62,608 nt of DNA, from NCBI GenBank assembly GCA_900128585.1, contig LT642153.1:1-62608 (forward strand), given 5' to 3'. The DNA is from Stramenopiles sp. TOSAG23-3 (lineage: Eukaryota). The notes below the pieces were generated by a model, which saw only the letters and a program-made list of their open reading frames with translations, did no database searches and had not been told where the DNA came from. Positions 54,147 to 62,608 of this stretch are shown one piece after another; the stretch's first letter is position 1; the number at the start of each line of letters is the position of its first letter. Both the position numbers and the translations under genes were made by a program.

Positions 54147-55160
54147 TTCTGTAACTTCCCTTCGAGAGATATGACTGAAAACGGTTTGTTGGTTTGTATA
54201 TAGTATATTTTCTCTGACAACCTGTATTACTTATCTATCCCTCTCCATTCTGTTTCAGAACCTTTTTCGTAAGGATACATATATATATATATATAGAAGG
54301 AAACAACTGCTTGTTACTTTTTTGTTGTTGATTGATTGAAGTGATCACAGATCACAGATCACCATATTATTATAGAAGAGAGGAGGAGGAGGAGAGAAGA
54401 GATAATAAAATATAATTTATTTATCATCTTCTTATTATCTGGTACCGGTACTACGGTATCGTCGGTCGCGGTCGGTCGGTCGGTCGGTCGTCGGTGCGTC
54501 GTCGGTGGTGGTTGAGAAGAGGTATTTATAAATCAATATACATACACACAGCATGAGGTATTTATTTTAATACCTTTTTATATAGTATTTATATTATTAT
54601 ATTACCTAATTATTATTATCTGAAGGATGGATATGGATGGTGGATGGGGGCAGGTGGCAGTATTAAATATTAATAACCCGGACACAACAAACAACCAACA
54701 ATCAATCAAACGAAAAATCAAAAGAAGAAGTCTCACTATATTTTATAAATGATAAATATTAATAGTCATTCTATAGGTTAATTACGGAAGTACCTTTGGT
54801 ATTTTAATATTAAGCCATGCTCTGGTGGGTTAATAATAAATACTTCGGTATACTAACCGTATGAAATAAATCTACTATTAATACTACTACGTAGTAGGGG
54901 TAGAAGGAAAAAAAAGAAGAAGAAAAAAGAAGACAACAAAGAAGGTCGGTCGGCGGCGGTCAGTCGATCGGTTGGATGTTTATAATATGATCGATCATTG
55001 TAATTGTGGTTGGATAATCAAAACTCACGGTCTGTGGTTATGTCTTTGTATTTAAGACCCTTCGTTATCCATTCAGCAATTAGTGAAGCTAGCGTTTAGT
55101 TGAATGAACCACTTTTAAAAACAATTGGCGTTCAGTAGTTTGGTTGACAGAAGAAGCCAA

Positions 55161-56591
55161 ATGTTGAAAAGTGACTCCGTCGAAGGTGAGCAAGTGCAAA
55201 AGTTGACAGAAGTAATAAGTCTAATCGAGGAGATTTTGAATGATGTTGCGGCCATTTCAATCGGGGGCGATAATGCTGATGCTCTGGTGAAATATCTAAA
55301 ACAAGTGGTGGAAACATGGGCAGCTGGAAACGAGGAAAACATCCCTGCTGACCAACTCAAAACGTTAGACCGGATCTTTTCTATTTTCAAAACGGCCACT
55401 CGGAAAAATATGGACGGTTGTTCAGTTCTATTCACAGAAATCTTTGTCGACGTTTGTATTTTGTTGTTATCAAAGGGCTCTGTACTGGCCGAGACTAAAG
55501 CAGGAGAAGAATGCCGCACCCAATGTTTGTCGGCATTAAACAATGCTGCAATCAGAGCCCCAGGAAATGGGCTGTATGAAATGTTGCTCGAACGCCCGGG
55601 TTTCGGAGGGGATGCCTCCAGGCTGGATCAGCTCATTGGGACAATGAGGCTCCGTTCTTCACCAGCATACTTGACAATTATGGCAAATTTGCTGTACCGG
55701 TGCATGGCAAGTAATGCGGTAATTTTTGAACATGTTGTAAAGGAGGCACCGGGTGGAAGGTGCTTCTTGTTAGAGATTTTGGTCGCGACACTCGCATCGT
55801 GTGTGTGGGATGGCTCTAAAAATAGATTGCCGCTTCCAGCGACAAGGAAGAAGATCGATTTGGCAAGTGCACTGTTTCGGATTGCCTATTTATACATATC
55901 ATCGGAGAAGGATAAGGTTGCAGATGAGAGGAACGTTTCTCTAAAAACAAGTTTTGGTTTGATCCTCCTGAAGGTGTTTTTCCTGGATGACGACGTTTTC
56001 CAACACAGCTACCAGTTGAAGAAAGATGCGGTAATGGTACTCACCGTAATGCCAAAATCATACTTGTCGTATTTCGTAAGTTGTAGGGGTGTGCGGCCTT
56101 TGTGTCAGCATTGTATACAGGTTTTGGAGTGTTGTATGCTTAACAGTTGCAAAACGTCACTGACGGAAGCAGAATCAAATTTGTTGATTCCATTGCTTGT
56201 TGCAATGTACAAGATAGCAATGGAAAGCGGTGCCGGACGCAGTGAGTTCGAGAGCATAATTTTTCCATGTGTTCAGGATTTACCCGGCCGTAGCATTGGC
56301 GACACAAATGCTGTTGACCGTCACCAAGATGCAAACGACGGACCAACAAAACCAGACACCGTCTATAAGCCATCGAACGCCCCCGCCTTTTCTTTTCGCT
56401 ACCATTTAATCAGTTTACTTTTGAAAACTTCGAATGCAAACGTACTAATCCCTTTAGGCGATTTTTTGTTGGCATTGTGCAACGAGGATGTTGACATATT
56501 TGTTGGTCGTGTGGGTTTAGGTTATGGTGCGGGTGTGTTGCAAAGAAAAGGTTCGTTGGCTCAAATAATGTCACGACAGATGCACAGTTAA
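55161..56591 (+). CDS. Armadillo-type protein, Ric8/synembryn-like
   Basis: C-terminal LGDFLLALCNEDVDIFVGRVGLGYGAGVLQRKG resembles the Ric8 signature; CLSALNNA near the N-terminus. Confidence 0.6.
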   Translation: MLKSDSVEGEQVQKLTEVISLIEEILNDVAAISIGGDNADALVKYLKQVVETWAAGNEENIPADQLKTLDRIFSIFKTATRKNMDGCSVLFTEIFVDVCILLLSKGSVLAETKAGEECRTQCLSALNNAAIRAPGNGLYEMLLERPGFGGDASRLDQLIGTMRLRSSPAYLTIMANLLYRCMASNAVIFEHVVKEAPGGRCFLLEILVATLASCVWDGSKNRLPLPATRKKIDLASALFRIAYLYISSEKDKVADERNVSLKTSFGLILLKVFFLDDDVFQHSYQLKKDAVMVLTVMPKSYLSYFVSCRGVRPLCQHCIQVLECCMLNSCKTSLTEAESNLLIPLLVAMYKIAMESGAGRSEFESIIFPCVQDLPGRSIGDTNAVDRHQDANDGPTKPDTVYKPSNAPAFSFRYHLISLLLKTSNANVLIPLGDFLLALCNEDVDIFVGRVGLGYGAGVLQRKGSLAQIMSRQMHS

Positions 56592-57365
56592 AAGGACCGT
56601 GCATTGCGTATTTCACTTTTGGTGCTCGTGAGTGGTGGTGACCTCGGACTGGCAAATTATTAATTTTTGAGCACACGAGGCGAGTTCCTTTCTACCGTAC
56701 CGTAGTAGTTCCACAGAAGAAGGAAAGGTGAAGAAGGAGGAGGTACCGGTACGGTACAGTATTAATAATGTCATTTTATTGTTCTAAGAAAGAGGTTGGT
56801 GGTCTTATTTTTTGTAAGATTTATAAGATAATCCTTTGTTGGTAGTCTAGAGTAGAACTGACAATTAGTAAACTGATGTATTTATATTATAAATATTTGA
56901 AATATGAAGTGAGAGGAGGAGAAGGCAAATATAATAAATAGGAGGAGCAGCATCCTATATACAACTTGGTGTAGTCGTCTATTAATATTGTATATCTCTT
57001 TATCATACGTATTTAATGGCCCCCCCCCCCCCCCACAACAACAGCAATTATTATTCATCACATGTCATCATAAGTTCATAATAATAAGTCTATATATTGT
57101 ATGAAATACCAAGTATGAACTGAACGAGTATTTAATGAGTATTTGTATCACATGAAGATGTTTTCATTATTACCGAAAATTATGATGATTAATTACACCG
57201 TCGTCGTCTTGAATATTGTTTGCTTTCGTCGTACGTTTCATAACCTTTGCTGGATTGGAATAAGCCGAAGGTTTGGACCCGTGTAAAGCACTCTCGGGAT
57301 AATACCGAGTTGGCACAAACTGGTGAAGCCCTTGCTATCCGTGGTACCTTCATTGGCTGCCGAAA

Positions 57366-60300
57366 ATGCATAAGTTGAAAGACCGGGGAGAAGCACAACT
57401 TCAATTCTTGCGACGAAACCTTGCCCGTTTGCGCGATGACATTGATGGCAAGCACAGGCAACTTCACCTCTTGGGTTTAGAATTGGATAATATCGAATAT
57501 TCCGAATCGTTTCATGAAGATGAGATCCGCCAGATTAGAAAAAGTGCCAAGCAAGATAAAGGTCAAATTAGGCGTGCCCGACGGAAAAGAATAAAGAAAA
57601 ACATTGAGAAAATAATGAATGATCCTATCTCTTTCAACATTGCAATAGATCACTTCGCATCTGTAGTCCCAAAAATGTCTGGGATGGCCCATGATGATAC
57701 GGAACGAACACAACCCTTCAATGCACCTGCATTCACTGGTTTCCTGCACGGAAAGTCAGCGTCAAATGTCTTCAATACGGCGGATGATAAACATGCTGGT
57801 TCAAACAGTCCATCTTGTCGCAGCCTTCGGGTGGGTGCCGCTGCATCTTCAACCCCTTACTACGTCTGTGTTCGATCAGCAGACGATCGGGAACTGAAAA
57901 TAAACCTTGCCAATACGTCGGAGTTGACTTTCGAAATGCTCTTGTCGTTTGTCAGCCAATACTGGGGCGTTGACGACAACCAATACATGTTACAGACGGA
58001 CTACAGTCTCCCTGTGCCGTCAAAACGAAATTGTTTGGATTGGTTGCAACACTTGGCTGTGAGTGATCGCGTGTTGCATAGAGAGCAACCAAGGTACATA
58101 GGGCCTCGCGAAGCTTTCCAAGTAATAGACGATGACAAGTCGGGGCAAGTTGGCGTCAATGAGTTTGTAAAGTTATTCGAACGCAGTCGAATTCCACAGA
58201 CAAAGATGCAAGCCCCGTACGTCTTCGCAGCGATCGACAAAGATGATAGTGGGGAAGTGACGTACGCTGAATTTGCACAGGAATGGGACGTCATATATGA
58301 CGTGCTGAAGCGCGACATATCTTGGGATGAACTCCCTCTGGTATATTTGATACCCCGCCGAGTCCATTTACGAACAGCAGCAGAAAACAACGGGATCAGT
58401 AACTTTAGTATTGGCTCTGGGAAAGGCAGCGAGAACCCTCTAGGCTCCCTCGTCAAGCCCGAGAGTCTTAACATGAGCCCGTTGCTTGCATTTGAATTGT
58501 TCGATAGTGATCAAACAGGAAGCGTAAACTTTATTGAATTCCAGGCAGTATTTAATAAACTCAATACAGACTCAGAGCAACAAAGCGAATTTAGAGCCGA
58601 ACTAAGGGAACTCTTTAACGAGACTAACACCAGCCATTCCGGTGAAATTGTAAGTAAACGATTGATTCGTACGGCATTTCTACTCGCACTTGCATTATTC
58701 AAATTATACTCTTGACACTAACAAAACAAACACGCACTACGAACACAGAATTATGGAGAGTTCCAGCAGAACTTTTCCAAAATTTTGGAGACAATGGCAG
58801 AACATTCTCGTCTCTTTGAAACAGGTGAAGTCTTGAACGAGTTAAGCGATGCTATTGGCACCAGTGCTAAAAAAAAGCTCTCGCGACGTTTACCAGAATA
58901 CGCTGCTCGATTGGTACGAGGGATATTTGGCTACATTGTGTTTGTTGTTATTTTGTCCATATCCGTGATAGGAAATGCAAGCTTAGATGCTTCATACTAT
59001 TATAGAGAATCGATTCGGTCAATTGCGGCAGAGGAGAAATTCGGACATGTGATATGGCTCGGATCTTATCCGGGCAACCATCCTTTCTCTTTAAAATCTC
59101 GGGCTCCTAGTACATTGTTGAACATCACCAGCAATGTTACAGCGTCGCCCTTGGAAACAACATTTGCAATAAACGGTGACGACCCGCAAGCAAAAGCATT
59201 TGCAGAAGCCTTAGATCTCGATAGTAATGGGGAAATATCCTCTTCTGAAGTAATATTGAGCCTGACAGAAAACTATTGGCTTTTACAAACCGACGCAAAT
59301 GAATTATTGAAGAACCTACCGGCACTGTTGAAAGTAACCACTTCACCAAATGAGTTTTTAAACTCTGAGATAGTGTCGGCGTTTCCATCAATTGCCCAAT
59401 TTGCAAATAAAAAAAAACGAGCGCGAATAAATTATGCGAGCATCTTTTCTGTTGATGATGTATGGCAATGGGTGCGACATGCTTTGCGACATGCGCTAAT
59501 ACAAAGCAAAGCAAAAACTTACCCTGTAGATAATGTGCCGCTGAGAAAAAGGAACGCTCGACTGTACAACGAAAATGTTTATGCTGGGCGCTCAGACAAA
59601 TACAATAATAGTTACTCCTTGTTTTCAAATAGACTTGTTGGCCATCTCACGTTGACAAAAACGGAAAATGCTCCATCATCCTGCGCCCACGGAACTGGGA
59701 CAAATCCCTTTCGTAGCTATCTTGGTAATGACAAACAGCCGAACGAGTGCTCCAAACAAAATCGCCAGGAGTCTATTGTGTTAGCCCACGAAAACAAAAA
59801 CGATTTTAAGAATCAAATAGACGACTTGATTGATAAACGTTGGTTGGAAGAAGACCTGTTAGGGAACCTGAAACTAGAGGGCCTCTTGTACAACCCAAGC
59901 ATCAACAGATTCATGCAAGTTACATTTACAATCGACCATTTATCTTGCGGAACATATCGTACTAGTGTAGATTTTGCACAGATTCAAATAGACCAGCTTG
60001 TATTAGACCGCGATCGTGCCAATTTTGTTTTATTTGTGTTTGCAACACTTTATTCACTTTATATGATCACTGAACAAGTATCATGGTATCGGCGGAGAAG
60101 CGCTCTTGGGCATAGCTTTCGTTCGACGTTGAAGAACTATTGCTTATCAATGCACCTAGTCTTACAGACGGTAATGATTGTTTTTCAGCTGCTTTCGGCT
60201 AGTTTTCGGCTCGCCTATTTTTTCAACAACGACAGGTTGGAATTTGCGATAGGTATCAACACATCAACTACGTTGTCCTTCTTCTGGCTTTACAGGGCTA

Positions 60301-61040
60301 TTCGTATGCTTGATACGGTGGTCACAACATTTGCTTGGATTCGCATAGGCCATTATTTAAAAATTAGCCAGTTTATTAGCTTTATGAGCGAGGTTATTTT
60401 CGAAGTTTCCAAAAAGGCAGGGCCATATTTATTAGTGTTTATTTGGGTAATCTCTGGGTTTAATGCTTTTGCCGTTGCAATCTTCGGCCCCCATAGCAGG
60501 TTGTTTTCTGGGTTTTTTCAATCCTTTGTAACACTGTTTCAAATGGTATTTGAGAAGGTCGATATGGAGGATGCGACGGTCGCAAATCCCGTGTTATCCT
60601 CGATATTTTTGCTCGTATATTATGTCACGATTGTTCTAGTAATGCGGAACATATTTGTAGCCATTTTCATTGATGGTTACAGGACAGCGGCTGAAAAATA
60701 TGAGCGAGCCCCTCCCCCGGTTATTTTGTGGACATTACGAGGTGTGCTAGGTGCTATTTTCCCGTCACTTCAACCACAGGATATGGTTAAACCGAGCGAC
60801 CCCGTTACTTTAATCGATACAGTCGGAACCACAATGGGAAACCGCTTGAAGAGAGTGGACATTCGAACAGTGAAAGACTTGCAGGAATTAACTGATCGTG
60901 ACATCAGTGTTGCAATCAGCCGCACAGCCTTCATATCCAAAACGGCATTGGAGAACTACAGGCGAGAGGCTCGCGTGCTTGTTGATGCATACAATGCCGT
61001 CCGGGAAAAGGAAGAGAGCACGAGTGATGTAAAAAAATGA
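57366..61040 (+). CDS. Polycystin-2/TRPP-like cation channel with multiple EF-hands; exons 57366-58649 and 58749-61040
   Basis: Six TM segments, large loop after TM1 (YNPSINRF), pore region FSGFFQSFVTLFQMV and NIFVAIFIDGY. Splicing completes the EF loop NTSHSGEI|NYGEF. Confidence 0.88.
58650..58748 (+). other. Spliceosomal intron, 99 nt, phase 0
   Basis: GTAAGT donor, CACTAAC branch motif, CACAG acceptor; joins two ORFs in frame. Confidence 0.92.
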
Positions 61041-61239
61041 CACTAACGCTAAATACCAAAACATATCTAACCTAATTAAAAATACTTTTGGCACATTACG
61101 CGTCGCTCACAAAGTTAGCAGCAGGTCCCTTGCACTCACTAACATATTTCTCTTTGAAACGGCCCGAGCAGTGCTCTAGGGGTCTTACAAAGCAAAATAG
61201 TTCAAGTATTTTTGGATGCCAACAATAAGGAGCAGCAAC

Positions 61240-61602
61240 CTAGAAACTCACTACCAAAACGTTGGCAATGCAATACATGGTTTTATTTCCATCCCCCTTC
61301 TTGTCAGTTGGCCATTTGACCGTTACTAAGCCGTCGTTACTGGGGTCTACCCACAGCGAGTTGGCTGAATGAACACCGGCACCGTTTTTCTGCATTATCA
61401 TAGCTGTTACAACATATTTGAAAGGTTTCCCTAGATCCACCAACTCTTCCATACATTTTTCACATATTTTGTCGATCCATTGTGCTACCTTCTTTCCATC
61501 AAAATCCTCGTTTTTGATCACCGACTCGATTGCAGGAATCACTATTTGTTCTATTTCCTCTGACACAAAAGCGAGCTCTTCAGAGGACTGAATGTCTTGC
61601 AT
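61240..61602 (-). CDS. DYNLT1: Dynein light chain Tctex-type
   Basis: LGKPFKYVVTAMIMQKNGAGVHSANSLWVDPSNDG...MYCIANV. Confidence 0.95.
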   Translation of the reverse strand: MQDIQSSEELAFVSEEIEQIVIPAIESVIKNEDFDGKKVAQWIDKICEKCMEELVDLGKPFKYVVTAMIMQKNGAGVHSANSLWVDPSNDGLVTVKWPTDKKGDGNKTMYCIANVLVVSF

Positions 61603-62608
61603 GGTTTAAAGCTTTGCAACAGGCGTTGAAGCAACTAAGCAAAGGGTCAAATGCAAATACTCTGAGTTCTTCTTATTTTAAATAACGGGGGTGTACTATT
61701 AAGGTGTCCAACAGTCTCTTGTGGCATTAGTATTGGGTACAGGTTTCAAAGGCGAGTGTATATGAAAAAACTTGCAATTGCGTCCGTTCTGTCTTTCTTT
61801 TTCTTTCTTTCTCCTCCGAGACTGAGGAGAGGAGAGGAACCGTTTTTTAATAATAATAATAACATATACACTCTTTAATCATCCGTCGATGATCGATGAT
61901 AATAATTAAATAAGTACACCATCGCAAAAGAAAATCCGGTAAATCTAAAATTAGTATAAAATAATATTATTTATACGACACAGCATGGAATTAAATTCAA
62001 AAGGTATTTATTCGAGATCATAAAATAATTTATAAAATAGAGGTAGAGTATATAGAGTACCACTATTACTTACGCAAGGCAGGCAGGGATAGGTAGGGCT
62101 AGGGCTAGGGCTATATTAAATATAATACCACACAGTGAGGATAACCCTTTTGTTTGTAGCATTCAAAAACCAACAAAACAACAACGCACAAAAACAGAAG
62201 TTCCGAAGAAAGAAAAAATAGTTTTATTTATATTATACAGTAATAGCAACCAAATAGGGTGTAACATCAATTGTTTGCTGACTGTGCTAAATTGTTATGT
62301 GTTTACCTGTAATAGTCTAATACATAATAAAATGCAATACTGAACCTACCAATCGAAGAACTAATTTTAACGTAGTTAATTATTTCAGTATTTAAATACC
62401 GAAGTAAAAGTAGTAGTTGTCCCATTACTTGGTATAATAACATTCTAAAAATACTATCAATTTTTTCTTCTTCTCTTCATTTTCAATAATAATATATTTT
62501 TATTGCCACCAAAAAAATGAAGAAGATAACAAGAAGAAGAAACCGAACCGTAGTATTACATTTATTATACCTGTCTGTACCTATATAATAGAAGAAGAAG
62601 AAATTATA

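Noticed and set aside
62094..62113. (TAGGGC)3 as a telomeric repeat
   Set aside because: Only three units, internal, and like the other micro-repeats in the spacers

Overview
Gene-dense, intron-poor nuclear DNA of a unicellular eukaryote read in the standard genetic code. It is probably flagellated (Tctex-1, CSTPP1-like, polycystin-like channel); a heterotrophic stramenopile is a guess, not a demonstration. About 29 protein-coding genes are supported, mostly housekeeping: SART1, kinesin, class II HDAC, SBP2, cullin, primase large subunit, GCP6-like, VPS9, SARNP-like, TTC9-like, Ric8-like and Tctex-1. Several bacterial-type enzymes are also present: a FadE/DmdC-like acyl-CoA dehydrogenase, a GH33 sialidase, a GT25 glycosyltransferase and an aldolase-SDR fusion. 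Only two coding introns are clearly supported. The genes alternate strand almost strictly, forming convergent pairs separated by AT-rich, palindrome-rich low-complexity spacers. A small dispersed repeat family with a 22-bp inverted end (MITE-like) recurs mainly just downstream of stop codons. Several genes look chimeric, truncated or compositionally foreign. No rRNA, tRNA, CRISPR array or transposase was recognised. There is one 22-N assembly gap. All family calls come from motifs recognised by eye; no database searches were run.
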